From Heterodontus francisci (lineage: Eukaryota), in NCBI RefSeq assembly GCF_036365525.1, contig NC_090404.1, positions 12,304,550 to 12,368,549 on the forward strand: a DNA stretch of 64,000 nucleotides, read 5' to 3'. Positions 39,901-52,164 of this stretch are shown one piece after another. Position 1 is the stretch's first letter. Each line of letters starts with the position of its first letter. The notes beneath the pieces are model-generated. The model did no database searches, was not told the DNA's origin, and saw only the letters and a list, made by a program, of their open reading frames with translations. Position numbers and translations under genes: made by a program.

Positions 39901-41094
39901 TTTTTTCAGTATACCTCCAGATCACAATTTTAGTTTTGTGGGTTAAATCCCTGGCAGGAAGTTAATTATTGTTTCACCAAAAACTCACCATATTTTGCTA
40001 TGCATGTCAGTTTAATAGTTGAAATCAACTTGCCTCAATGGATTGAGTTGGTACATCCGGCATTAATCATCACAAACAAGCATCCATATATCTTCTGATA
40101 TTAACCAGTGAGCAGGACACTTGAGTGGAAGGTGTGGGAGATGGGGAAAGGATATTAAAATGTGAATGACAGACACACCCTGAGATCTGTTTTCTGAAGC
40201 CATTCACTGTACCGTTAGTGGAGATCGATGTTAAAGGGGCAAAAGAAAAACAGAAGCCAATTGTATTTGTTTATTTTACTTCTCTACTCCTTTCTTAATC
40301 TCAATGAATGTTGGAAGAACAGTTTTTCATGCGCTGCTGATTTTGAGTTCTTGTTAATGCGAACGCGTCCAACACCTCATCCTGAGGGCTGTGAACCCGC
40401 TCTGCTCCCGTGGGATGAGTGGGTAATTACTGAAAAGCACCGCTGCGCCGCTCCCTCCATTCTGCCTCATTGCAAATCCAAAAAATCTGAAGGTTTTGGA
40501 TCTGTAAAGAAGTCCTCACAGGCGCAATGAAGCTACCAGATAGAATTTAAACATCGTTTTATCTCCAAACCATAGAAGGAGACAGTACTTGAACTTCGAA
40601 GCATTGTTAAAATTAAAGGGTGATTTTATTCTTGACATTTATTATTCACCATTCTAATATGACCAGTCTAGGAATCACTCTGACAAAATATGGAACCATT
40701 GTTAGTTCACCAGTTGTTGACCTGTGAGGGAAAGCTCACTGGAGTCATGGTTACCAGTGTCCTGAGGTTAACGGAATTCTAAAGAACAGATTGATAAAGC
40801 AAACCCATTAAAATGCCCGAGTTTCCGGGTCACATTTACGAGATATGGAATTCATTCCCACCCGGTATTTAAAGGCAGAGCCATTCCCCCTATAAGGACA
40901 GTGACTGCAGTCCAGCTCAAGGTGTTTCCATTCACCGGAAGCCAACTCACCACCTACCGCTCTCACATCACCACTGGGGACACAAGGAAGTGAGGTGAGA
41001 GCATTCTGAGACACCACAGCTGATTACTGAGGGTGGAGATTAGAACGGGTGTCTTCAAATATCCAAATCCCCTTTTACAGAGCGGACAGCGACA

Positions 41095-41140
41095 ATGTGG
41101 CTACTCAGCATCTGGGTTGTGTGGGGAGCATTTCTGACAG
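41095..41140 (+). CDS. TCR alpha/delta-type V gene 1, leader exon (MWLLSIWVVWGAFLT)
   Basis: ATG, hydrophobic leader, phase-1 GTAAT donor. Confidence 0.9.
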
Positions 41141-41240
41141 GTAATTTAACACATTTAATCTTTTTTTCTCATTTCCAGTTTAAATCTGAATTTTAAACTG
41201 TCGCCGGTTTGATCTTTTCCTGTTTGAACATGTTTTTCAG

Positions 41241-41549
41241 ATTTTAGTCAAGGAAATTCTGTCACTCAGCTACTGTCCTCAGATGTTAAGACAGAAGGTG
41301 AAACGGTGACTTTAAGCTGTACCTATGACACTACATGGAGCAGCTATGATTTATATTGGTACCGGCAACACCCAGATACACAGCCCGAATTTATAGTGAG
41401 GAAATCCTCAGGTGGTTATGAAGATAAAGCAGATTTTGCTAAAACCCGTTTCTCTGCTGAGCTCCAGACTTCGACTAAATACATCAGTTTAACCATCTCG
41501 TGGCTGCAGCTGACTGACGCTGCCGTGTATTACTGCGCCCTCTCAGACT
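41241..41549 (+). CDS. TCR alpha/delta-type V gene 1, V exon (intact)
   Basis: DFSQGNSVTQLLSSDVKTEGETVTLSCTYDTTWSSYDLYWYRQHPDTQPEFIVRKSSGGYEDKADFAKTRFSAELQTSTKYISLTISWLQLTDAAVYYCALSD; both Cys, WYRQ and YYCAL present. Confidence 0.93.
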
Positions 41550-41588
41550 CACAGTGATGGAAAACAGCCTCACCCCTGTACAAAAACT
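41550..41588 (+). other. 23-RSS of TCR V gene 1
   Basis: CACAGTG, 23 nt, ACAAAAACT. Confidence 0.96.
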
Positions 41589-42129
41589 GCCTTTGGACTG
41601 TGGGTGGGAGCTCCTATCTGTTGGGGTTGTGCAGAATCGCGGGCAGATGCAGCCACAATGTGCAGCGCGCTGTCAGGCGCTCAAACACACACCGAGAGGA
41701 AACCAAATTAACCTTGGATCAAACTGTCACCCAACTGTTTCCAGGACCGGCCAAGAAAATAAACTGCAGAATCCAAACAGACAGATAGATCCAGCACAGA
41801 AACGATCTACTGGTTAAACCGTCCTTCCTGCTTCTCATCATTCGTATTCCATTAAAGTTATGGATCGATATTCAGTTCAGCTCTGTAAAAGGGTTTGCTG
41901 ACACCACCAGGAACTTCTTGCTGTCGCTTCATTAATATAACAGGATGGAGTTCCCACATTCTGCCTGTGACATTTATTTATTTTATTCCTACGCGTATCT
42001 TTAAACTGCGCATGTTTGATTTCTTTAAACCAACACATGCTGTAATTAAAAAAAGAAACATTTCCATCACATTTCATTCGATTATAGTCTGGAGTGATTC
42101 CACAGTTCAGGTTTAGTGTCCTGGGGCGG

Positions 42130-43110
42130 TGAGCTGAGAGTGACGACCGTTAAAACCAAGGTAGCATTCTACCGAGTGTGGCATCGAGGAGCTGAGTAGA
42201 AATGAAACCAGTGGGAATCAAGGAAAAACACGCCACTAGTTGGAGTCCTAACTAGCATAAAGAAAGATGGTTACGGTTGTTGGAGGTCAATAATCTCAGC
42301 CTCAGGACATCACTGAAGGAGTTCCTCAGGGTAATCTCCTCGGCCCAGGCATCTTCAGCTGCTTCATCAACGACCTTCCCACCATCATTAGGTCAGAAAT
42401 GCGGATGTTCACTGATGATTACACAGTGTTCAATTCCATTGGAAACTCCTCAGATAATGACATAAAGCAGAAAATTTTAAAATACTGAGCAGGTCAGGCA
42501 GCATCTATGGAGCGAGAAACAGTTAGAAATTCAGGTCAATGATTTCCAGATTTCCAGCAACCACAGCATTTTGCTTCAGATACTGAAGCAGCGCATTAAG
42601 TAAAACCTGGGCAGCATTCAAGTTGCGATGGCATGTGGCAAGTAATATTCAAGTCACAGAAGTACCAGGCAATGACCATCTCCAACAAAAGAAATTCCAA
42701 CCACCTTCTCTTGGCATTCAAATCATTACCATTGTCGAACCACTACAAGAGTAGGTCAGAGGCCGGGAATTCTGCGGCGAGTAACTCACCTCCTGTATGC
42801 CCAAATCCTGTCCTCCATCTACAAGGCACACGTCAGGAGTGTGATGGAATACTCTCCACTTGCCTGAATGGATGCAGCTCCAACAACATTCAAAGAAGCT
42901 CGACACCATCCAGGACAAAGCAACCCGTTTGATCGACATTGCATCCACCACCTTAAATATTCAGTCCGTCCACCACTGGAGCACATTGGGGGCAGGGTTT
43001 AGCAGCCACAAGACGCACTGCAGGAACTCGCCAAGAATTATTTGTAGAAACTAACAAATCCCGCGACCACTACCAGCGAGAAGAACAAGAGCAAGGGAAC
43101 ATGATCACCC
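42130..43110 (+). mobile_element. Family B LINE fragment (with small Penelope-like insert at about 42460-42580)
   Basis: Colinear with 9080-9990. Confidence 0.8.
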
Positions 43111-44339
43111 CCCAAGCTCTCTCAGACCTCCATCTCTTCCTCTGAGTCTGTATTTGAGCTTGTTCACTCGTTAATCCAAACTACTTGCCACAATGCTACC
43201 TTACTTTTCATTCTCAACAAGCGGTCGCAAAAAAAGTGGCGGGGGATTGGGGGGTGTGGGGTGGTATGGGGTGATGGTGGAGGTGGTGGTGTTGATAGCG
43301 AACGAGCCACCTGTTATACACCCCACCAGATATTCAATTCCATGCACTTCAAACACGGTGACGAATCTGTTCCCAAAGATTTAACACAACCGTCCAATTC
43401 CACCCATCATTAACGCATCGAGCGCCTCTGTCAATGCTAATATTTTAATTGAGACACCTAACTCCCACAAACTAATATGTTTGTTTATGTGGAAAGTATA
43501 CCTGCCAGAAGTGTGCAGCAATAACTAACTGGAACAAAATTCCCACGGTATCACTTTAAAAGTGCAGATTTATTTTTCAAGAATCAATTTAAAATGAAAT
43601 TATCCCTTTAACTGATGGCTCAATTTTTTTCTGGCTCGTGCCAACATCTCTAACAAAAGGTTCAGGCAGACATTAACTTTCCCCTCCGAAAAATTACCTA
43701 CACCGTCGGGTGATGGCGGTAAGATATTATTTCAAATATCTCAAAGTGACAAAATATGGGCGAGCATATCGAAGAAGATGTTCAGCTTCTTTCACTCACT
43801 GTCACTAATCAGACTGAGGTGGTTGACGCAGTGGGTGGGGGAGGGGGAGGGGGAGGAGTCGGACTTGATCAACGCAAGAGGAAGAATTCATTGTGTGGAC
43901 ATCTCCTCTGAAAGTTGTATTAGTGTAATCACACGCTCATTCTTTTAGAATACTTTCATTATTACCGCACAGTGTGGACACTTCATTGTAAATATGTACT
44001 TTAAATCAAACAGCCTATTGAAGGCAGGTGGACTCAACTTCAAATAAGTAAAGGTAAATTTGGAACTGATATTAGGAGATGCTCACAAAGGGAGTGATCG
44101 ATCTTGGAATGGACTGTGAGCAATATGAGTGTCCCAAACCATGGGATTACCTTAGAAGCGTCTAGAATCTTGGGATAGCGGGGTTTCCTGGAAGAATTAA
44201 GTAAGCTAGGATGAACGGCCTTCATATTTTCAATTACCAATGCACTGGGTCTGCTGGATTTAAAGGATAATTATGACGAGACACCTCCCCCTGCAGTAAA
44301 TGGTTCCGATTGAGAAATAATGCAATTCTCAAATTACTA

Positions 44340-44665
44340 GTCGCCCTCTATCACCTAGAAGGCCAAGGGCAAAAGATACATTGAAACACCACCATCTGCA
44401 GGCACCACCACCACCCCCGCCCCTCCCCACCACCACCACCACCAAGTCAAACACCATCCTGACTTGGAACTATATCGCAGTTACTTCACTACTGCTGGGT
44501 CAAAATCGTGGAATCCATTCCTAACAGCACTGTTGGTGTACCTGCATCCCAAGGACTGCAATGGTTCAAGAAGGCAGCTCACCACCGCCTTCTCTAGGGA
44601 AAATAAGAATGGACGATAAATACATTCGCAGCCAGCGACGCGCATAACCCACGAAGGAATAAATA
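44340..44665 (+). mobile_element. Family B LINE 3' tail
   Basis: CACCATCCTGACTTGGAACTATATCG...AAGAAGGCAGCTCACCACC. Confidence 0.8.
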
Positions 44666-44814
44666 ATATAATACCACAAGTGGACCTCATCTGTTGTAGT
44701 TGAGAGTTGGCTTTTGTTGCAATTTGAGGGAGATCACTGAGACTTCCACAGTGGAGGCTGTTTATCGGTATGAGAGAGCCCAATGGTGAGCACTAATCGG
44801 AACTCTCAATGTCG

Positions 44815-44935
44815 GTTTTTTGTTTGGGATCCTCTATATCTCTGCAGCAGTGTGAGACTCATGGCACAGAAACACTCTTGATGTCGGAGATCAGGCCACG
44901 GTCGATCACAGATCAGTAATTTGGTACTTTTATCA
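44815..44935 (-). pseudogene. Inverted TCR V remnant (end of FR3 plus RSS)
   Basis: Minus strand ...CTGATCTCCGACATC...TTCTGTGCCATGAGTCT, then CACACTG, 24 nt, ACAAAAAAC. Clearly paralogous to the V at 52165-52450. The 5' part is lost at a Penelope-like insertion. Confidence 0.7.
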
Positions 44936-44969
44936 AACATAGAAGACAAGTTATCAGCGATGTCAGTGA

Positions 44970-45800
44970 CCAAAGCAGAAAATGCTAGAAATTCCCAGCG
45001 GGTCAGGAATCATCTGTGGAGAGAAAGCATAGTTAAAGCATCAGGTCTGTGACCTTTCATCAGAACTGGCTAAAGTTACAAATGTAATGGGATTTGAGCA
45101 AGGGAAAGGCGGGAGAGCAGAAGAAGAGCAAAAGGGAAGGTCTGTGATGAGGTGGAGGAACAGCAAAGATTAAATGGCAAAAGCTTTCATGGCACAAAGT
45201 CAAGGAAAGAAACAGAAGGTGTGTCTGGATGCGGTGTAAATGGCAGAAGAGCAGCCGTCAGAACGCAAAGTAAAGCGATTAGGAAAGGGGGAAATGAACC
45301 AGCAAAAACACGAAAAAAGAACAAAAATGGGGGCAGAGGTTAGGATTTAAAATTGTTGAATTTATTGTTGAGTACTGAAGGCTGTAAAGTGCCCAGTCAA
45401 AATATAAGCTCCTGTTACTCCAGCTTGCATTGAGCTTCATTGAGACACTGTAGCGGCCCAAGGACAGAAAAGTCAGAGTGGGAGCAAAGTGGAGAATTTA
45501 AATGACAAGTGAAAGGAAGCTCGGAGTCGCGCTTGCAAACTGAGCAGAAGTGTTCTATAAAGTGCTCACTCAGTCTGCCTTTTGTCTCCCCAGTGTAGAG
45601 GATACCGCATCGAGAGCAGTGTATGCAGTACACTAAACAAAAAGAAGTACAAGTAAATCGCTGACTTGGAAGGAGTGTTTGGGGTCCTGGATGGCAGGAA
45701 AGGAAGAGGTAAAAGGGCAAGTGTTGCATCTCCTGCGCTTGCATGAAAAGGTGCCATAGGAAAGGGGGGAGGTGCTCGGGATGACCAGGGTGTCACGGAG
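44970..45800 (-). mobile_element. Penelope-like retroelement 3' fragment (GIY-YIG endonuclease)
   Basis: LVYCIHCSRCGILYTGETKGRLSEHFIEH in ORF 45415-45744. Confidence 0.8.
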
Positions 45801-46146
45801 GGTAGTCAGTCAATACAAAAACCGACAAAGACGTCCCAATTCCTTTCACTGAATCTGGATTGTCATCTGATATTGGAACACAAACCAAATTATGGAGGTA
45901 AACAAACAAGTCAATAAATGGACAAATAGTTCATTAAACAGTTAGAGAGATAGACAGATAATGGACAGTTGCCCTGCCCTCACTTCCTCCCTCAATGATC
46001 ACTTCTTCCTTTGTTTGAAAGTATCCAGCTCCTGCAGACAGGCGCCTGTGAAATCTGGTTGTGGAGTCTGCGAGCGTAAAATGCGATGTTTCACTACTCA
46101 GTGACGCGTTTGTTCTCGTTATATTGGGAGCTGAATAATGAGATAG

Positions 46147-48570
46147 TTGGACCGGCATGTTCCTGTGAGGAAGAAGGATAAGTTTGGTAAGTTTCGGGAA
46201 CCTTGGATAACGAGGGATATTGTGAGCCAAGTCAAAAAGAAAAAGGAAGCATTCGTAAGGGCTAGAAGGCTGGGAACAGTAGAAGCCCTTGAGGAATATA
46301 AAGACAGTAGGAAGGAGCTTAAGCAAGGAGTCAGGAAGGCTAAGAGGGGTCATGGAAAGTCATTGGCAAACAGGATTAAGGAAAATCCCAAGGCTTTTTA
46401 TACGTATATAAAGAGCAAGAGGGTAACCAGGGAAAAGGTTGGCCCACTCAAGGACAGAGATAGGAATCTATGTGTGGAGTCAGAGGAAATGGGTGAGGTA
46501 CTAAATGAGTACTTTGCATCAGTATTCACCAAATGAAAGGACATGGTTGATGATGAGTCTAGGGAAGGGAATGTAGATAGTCTGGGCCATGTTGTTATCA
46601 AAAAGGAGGAGGTGTTGGGCGTCCTGCAAAGCATTAAGGTAGATAAGACTCCAGGGCCTGATGGGATCTACCCCAGAATACTGAGGGAGGCAAGGGAAGA
46701 AATTGCTAGGGTTTTGACAGAAATCTTTGTATCCTCATTGGCTACAGGTGAGGTCCCAGAGGACTGGAGAATAGCTAATGTTGTTCCTTTGTTTAAGAAA
46801 GGTAGCAAGGATAATACAGGAAATTATAGGCCGGTGAGCCTTACGTCAGTGGTAGGGAAATTATTGGAGAGGATTCTACGGAACAGGATTTACTCCCATT
46901 TGGAAACAAATGTCGTGTCTCACTAACTTGATCGAGTTTTTTGAGGAAGTGACGAAGATGATTGATGAAGGAAGGGCAGTGGATGTTATCTATATGGACT
47001 TCAGTAAAGCCTTTGACAAGGTCCCTCATGTCAGACTGGTACAAAAGGTGAAGTCACACGGGTTCAGAGGTGAGCTGGCAAGATGGATACAGAACTGGCT
47101 TGGTCATAGAAGACAGAGGGTAGCAGTGGAAGGGTGCTTTTCTGAATGGAGGGATGTGACTAGTGGTGTTCCGCAGGGATCAGTGCTGGGACCTTTGCTG
47201 TTTGTATTATATATAAATTATTTGGAGGAAAATGAAGCTGGATTAGTAAGTTTGCGGACAACACAAAGTTTGGTGGAGTTGCGGATAGTGGTGAGGATTG
47301 TCAGAAGATACAGCAGGATATAGATTGGTTGGAGACTAGGGTGGAGAAATGGCAGATGGAGTTTAATCCGGACTTTGGGGCGGCACAGTGGCGCAGTGGT
47401 TAGCACTGCAGCCTCACAGCACCAACGACCCGGGTTCAATTCTGGGTACTGCCTGTGTGGGGTTTGTGAGTTCTCCCTGTGGGTTTCCTCCGGGAGCTCC
47501 GGTTTCCTCCCACATGCCAAAGACTTGCAGGTTGATAGGTAAATTGGCCATTATAAATTGCCCCTAGTATAGGTAGGTGGTAGGGAAATATAGGGACAGA
47601 TGGGGTTGTGGTAGGAATATGGAATTAGTGTAGAGTTAGTATAAATTAGTGTAGGGTTAGTATAAATGGGTGGTTGATGGTCGGCACAGACTCGGTGGGC
47701 CGAATGGCCTGCTTCAGTACTGTTTCTCCAAATAAAAAAGAAAAAGATGTGAGGTAATACATTTTGGAAGGTCTAATGCAGGTGGGAAGTATACAGCAAA
47801 TGGCAGAACCCTTAGGAGTATTGACAGGCAGAGAGATCTGGGCGTACAGGTCCACAGGTCACTGAAAATGGCAACGCAGTTGGATAAGGTAATCAAGAAG
47901 GCATACGGCATGCATGCCTTCATCGTCTGGGGCATAGAGTATAAAAATTGGCAAGTCATGCTGCAGCTGTACAGAACCTTAGTTAGGCCACACTTAGAAT
48001 ATTGCATCCAATTCTGGTAGCCACACTACCAGAAGGACGTGGAGGCTTTGGAGAGGGTACAGAAGAGGTTTACCAGGATGTTGCCTGGTCTGGAGGGCAT
48101 TAGCTTTCAGGAGAGGTTGGATAAACTCGGATTGTTTTCACTGGAACGACGGAGGTGGAGGGGCGACATGATAGAGGTTTACAAAGTTATGAGCGGCATG
48201 GACAGAGTGGATAGTCAGAAGCTTTTTCCCAGGGTGGAAGAGTCAATTACTCCTTTTCCCAGGGTGGAAGAGTCAGTTACTAGGGGCAATGGGTTTAATG
48301 TGCGAGGGGCAAAGTTTAGAGGGGATGTGCGAGGCAAGTTCTTTACACAGAGGGTGTTGAGTGCCTGGAACTTGCTGCAGGGGGAGGTGGTGGAGGCAGG
48401 TATGATAGCGACGTTTAAGAGGCATCTTGACAAATGCATGAATAGGATGGGAATAGAGAGATACGGCCTCCAGAAGTGCAGAATGTTTTAGTTTAGACAG
48501 GCATCAAGATCGGCGCAGGCTTGGAGGGCCGAATGGCCTGTTCCTGTGCTGTACTGTTCTTTGTTCTTTG
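46147..48570 (+). mobile_element. CR1-like LINE (family A), about 2 kb of ORF2, interrupted by a SINE
   Basis: KTPGPDGIYPRIL, NYRPVSLTSVVGKLLE, YMDFSKAFDKVPH, GVPQGSVLGPLLF; (TTCTTTG)n tail. Confidence 0.95.
47377..47745 (+). mobile_element. tRNA-derived V-SINE (HE1-like) inserted in the LINE
   Basis: A box TGGCGCAGTGG, B box GGTTCAATTC, V-domain GGGTTTCCTCCGGG...TCCGGTTTCCTCCCACA, CR1-like tail GGGCCGAATGGCCTG, A-rich end. Confidence 0.85.
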
Positions 48571-48978
48571 ACATTAGCACTTCAATCATCACACTGAGTG
48601 CCTGACTGCAATGTTACCAAGAAGTATATCGGATCACGAAGAATATAAAACAATTAAATCGGAATATAAGATTAATTTAAGCAGCGGACGTAGACTCATG
48701 TTCAAACTATGACAGGTCATTCTTGAACTGGTATGAGGAAATTCTTCAGACACGGAGCAATCAATGTGTGGAATCAGCTTCCACACATACCCGGGAATAA
48801 TTTCATAAAATAATGGATTTTCCAACGGGAAAGGTGGGGGACGGATGGGGGTTGGGGATGTCATTAGATTATCTATCCAGCGACATCCTAAGAGTGACAA
48901 ATTTCCTTCTCCCGTCCAGCATGATCCTTTGATCTTGTGAACTGTGTGACGGCAGGAGTTGGCGATTGGCATTTGTGA

Positions 48979-49011
48979 TGCAGTCACATGTAATTGCCAG
49001 CAGAGGGCACT
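48979..49011 (+). promoter_or_regulatory. Extended CTCF-like site
   Basis: TGCAGTCAC, 6 nt, TTGCCAGCAGAGGGCACT matches the CTCF upstream module plus core. Confidence 0.7.
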
Positions 49012-49508
49012 GGATAGGTTTATGGAGGCGAGTTGCAGCCTCAGGACACCATTCAATGACTTTACTGAACGGATTAAGGAAACATTTTCGGGAATAGAAC
49101 CATTAATTTCAAATGGATGTGTTTTTTTCAAGGTTGTTATGAAGTATCAAAATATCATTAATGACAATATGCTCCAAATATTTTTGGAATAAGCAGCTCA
49201 TCGCAGCATCACTAAGCCTATTTTTTGCGCTCACCTGGACATTCTCCTCAAAGCCGTCAATCATTCTGTCTCATTTAGCTCCAGAACAACTACAAACTCG
49301 TTGTAACAGCTGTGGGAGGTTCTAATGGGCAGTGAGCAGCCCTTTTAATGGCACAGATGGCAGGACAACATGAACGTTTGCCCGTCACTGTCCCAGCCTC
49401 ACAGACAGACCCTGTTAAAGGTCCAACATTGAGATTAAGTGTTGTGAGGTGATGAAATTCACTCGGCTCCCTGTTTACTGCTCTGATTGTGGAAGAAAGG
49501 ATCTCTGA

Positions 49509-49647
49509 GCTGATTGGATGACGTACAGTACTAAGGCTCTGAGTGCTGATTGGATGAACTGGAGAACAAAGGATCTGTGAGCTGATTGGATGCCACCTGC
49601 TGACCCTGCCAGCAATGAACCAATCGATTGAGAGGCCGGATATTTAA
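49509..49647 (+). promoter_or_regulatory. Promoter of TCR V gene 2 (three inverted CCAAT boxes, CRE half-site, E-box, TATA-like)
   Basis: GCTGATTGGATG at 49509, 49545 and 49581; TGACGT at 49519; CACCTG at 49594; CCAAT at 49620; TATTTAA at 49641. Confidence 0.65.
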
Positions 49648-49719
49648 CAGCATCTTCTCAAAGCTTGATGAAAACAATTTCAGATTCAACCGTTCAGTGC
49701 AAATCAGCCATCTGCAAAC

Positions 49720-49771
49720 ATGCCGGCTGTTAACTTTTATTTATTCTTCATAGCTGCAGTTCTCTTAACTG
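49720..49771 (+). CDS. TCR alpha/delta-type V gene 2, leader exon (MPAVNFYLFFIAAVLLT)
   Basis: ATG, hydrophobic leader, phase-1 GTAAG donor. Confidence 0.88.
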
Positions 49772-50218
49772 GTAAGTTCACAATTGACACAACGCTGCCT
49801 TTCACATCATATTTAATCGGTCTGTTCTCTGAACACAAGGGAAACAATAGATTGATCTAAAGTGAGCAAAACAATCCGAATGCACCTTTATTCAAAACTG
49901 AACACTAAGGTAACTCGACAAGCTCCACGAGTAAAAGAAATTGGAAGTTGTGAGCTGGGATTACAGGAGAATGACAGACAGACCCATTCATCCCCCACCA
50001 GGCCTAATGACCGACACTGACACGCGAGTCTTAACCCGACAGACAGTTTGCCGTTTTCCCTTTATGCAGTCGATCCCAGAATTATCCTCTTGCAGCTCCT
50101 GAATTGCGGAAAATGTATTTGTGTTTAACTGTCCTGATTTAATTCTCAGAGTGGCGAAGGGCTGATTCTGGGGGTGAAGTGATATTGTTGAATTGAATAA
50201 CGCTCTGCGTTCTTGCAG

Positions 50219-50525
50219 GACGTTGCCGAGGAGACTCAGTTTCACAGACACCGGCTGTAATCACAGTAAATGAAGGAGACGATGTTGAGTTGCACTGTAA
50301 TTATACAGCTACAAGCACCAGCACTCCAAACCTATTTTGGTACCGCCAGTATCCCAGCAGATCCATAAAATATCTACTGCAGAAAAACAAATACAGTGAG
50401 GAACGAAATAGATTTCTCAGCGACCGTTTTTCAGTGCAGCTAGATGATTCGAACGGAACCGTCCCGCTGGAAGTGTCTAAAACCGAACTGCCCGACTCTG
50501 CGGTGTATTACTGCGCACTGAGCCC
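50219..50525 (+). CDS. TCR alpha/delta-type V gene 2, V exon (intact)
   Basis: GRCRGDSVSQTPAVITVNEGDDVELHCNYTATSTSTPNLFWYRQYPSRSIKYLLQKNKYSEERNRFLSDRFSVQLDDSNGTVPLEVSKTELPDSAVYYCALS; acceptor tcttgcag. Confidence 0.93.
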
Positions 50526-50564
50526 CACAGAGACACAGAGCTTGGCTGAACCTGTACAAAAACT
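50526..50564 (+). other. 23-RSS of TCR V gene 2
   Basis: CACAGAG, 23 nt, ACAAAAACT. Confidence 0.92.
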
Positions 50565-50859
50565 GTCATAGAGAGTCGCTCAACAGAACAGCGAGTTAGG
50601 GAAACGTTGTGATCTGAGGCGAGTACCTTCATTTGTGATTAGACCTTCTACTGTTAATGTTAATATACAGCTAGTTTTATTCCTGCAATTTTTCACTTTT
50701 CAAATAATGATCTAATTTCCTTTTATAAGTAACGATTGAATCAAGCTCCACCAACATTTTCAGACAGTGTATCACGGAGCATAACATCTCGCTGAATTAA
50801 AGGAAAATTGTCTTCCATTTTCCTCTGGTTCCTTTGGCAGGTAGCTTTGTGTTTGTGTA

Positions 50860-51370
50860 GACCTGCAACCCGGTACAACCCGCTTCCATCTCCTTCCTAA
50901 AATGCACAATCAGGACTGTCCTGGCAGACCCATCGTTTCAGCCTGTTCCACTGAACTTATTTCTTCCTATCTTGACTCTCTCTTTTCTCCTCATTACAGT
51001 CTCTTCCCGCCTACATCCGTGACTCTTCTGATGCCCTAAGTCATTTTGACCATTTACACTTTCCTGGCTCTAACAGCCTCCCTTTCACTACGTACGTCCA
51101 ATCTCTCTACACCTCCATCCCTCACCAGGACGGTTTGAGGGCTCTCCGCTTCTTCCTTGAACAGAGGCCCAAACAATCCCCATCCACCACCACCCTCCTC
51201 CACCTGGCTGAACTTGTTCTCACATTGAACAATTTCTCGTTCGGCTGCACTCACTTCTTTCAAATAAAAGGTGTTGCAATGAGTACCCGCATGGGTCTTA
51301 GTTATGCCTGTTTTTTGTGAGATATGTGGAACATTCCTTGTTCCAGTCCTACTCAGGCCCCTTCCCCAAC
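50860..51370 (+). mobile_element. Penelope-like RT fragment
   Basis: LLHLAELVLTLNNFSF...FFQIKGVAMSTRMGLSYAC, matching the Penelope RT Q..G.AMG motif. Confidence 0.78.
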
Positions 51371-52164
51371 TCTAGAATGCAATGGCCTAATGGTGAAGTG
51401 TGACAATTCTTTCACCTACTTTTTTTCCTCAGTGTATCATAAACAGACAGACTGACAATTTTATTGAACATTGTGCACCAAAGGAATTGTTATTGTTGAC
51501 CAAAAATTACAAATATCCAGAGAACATCTGAACTCTCAAGTTCCTTTATTCCTCCGCAAGAGTCAGCGCCAGAGTCAGTGACAACATTCACTTATCGTAC
51601 GTTGTGATAAACTTTCTTCGATTTAAAAGTGCATCTTTTGCCGTTTGAAATCTCACGTTAGTGGTTAACTTCATTTTCTGACTGTTTCCACAGCGATCAG
51701 TAGAGTTTCCTCTTTGCTTTGCGCTGTTACAGTCCGTCTTTTACAGACTGTGTTGATGAGTGGTCAACAGCTCTTGGGACTGCCCGCACCCCATCCCCAT
51801 CCCTCCAGCCACCCGCCCACCCCCACCCGCCCCCGTCAACACCCGGATTCAGTCTCCAATCCGCTCAGTGATTCTCTCTGCTCAACAGCCAACCTGCAGT
51901 CTGTCGTGACCCAGGGAGCACCCGGCTGGAAGGAAGTTGGGTTTGGATTGACTCCGTTGATGACTGGGCAACGGAGGGCTGCGGCTCCCACAATTCACAG
52001 CTGTTGGGAAAGGCCTGGGATGTCGCTGACAGTCACCGTTCAGTCAATGACGCTGCACTCTGAAGGTATTGCGTCATCTACCGTCAACAAACGAGACAAT
52101 ATTGCTTCTGTTTTTGGGTGTGGGAGCGCCCTCTCGTGAAGAGTATGTCAACTCTCTGTGTGTT

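Noticed and set aside
47377-47450. tRNA gene
   Set aside because: A and B boxes belong to the head of a V-SINE; there is no complete cloverleaf.
48223-48280. In-frame ~30-bp duplication in the CR1 ORF (FPRVEESIT twice)
   Set aside because: Real but a trivial slippage event in a dead element.
41241-50525. NAR-TCR V or its supporting Vdelta
   Set aside because: Both intact Vs have their own leader exons, full CDR2-length regions and no extra CDR1 Cys. No VNAR-like segment or associated D/J is in the window.
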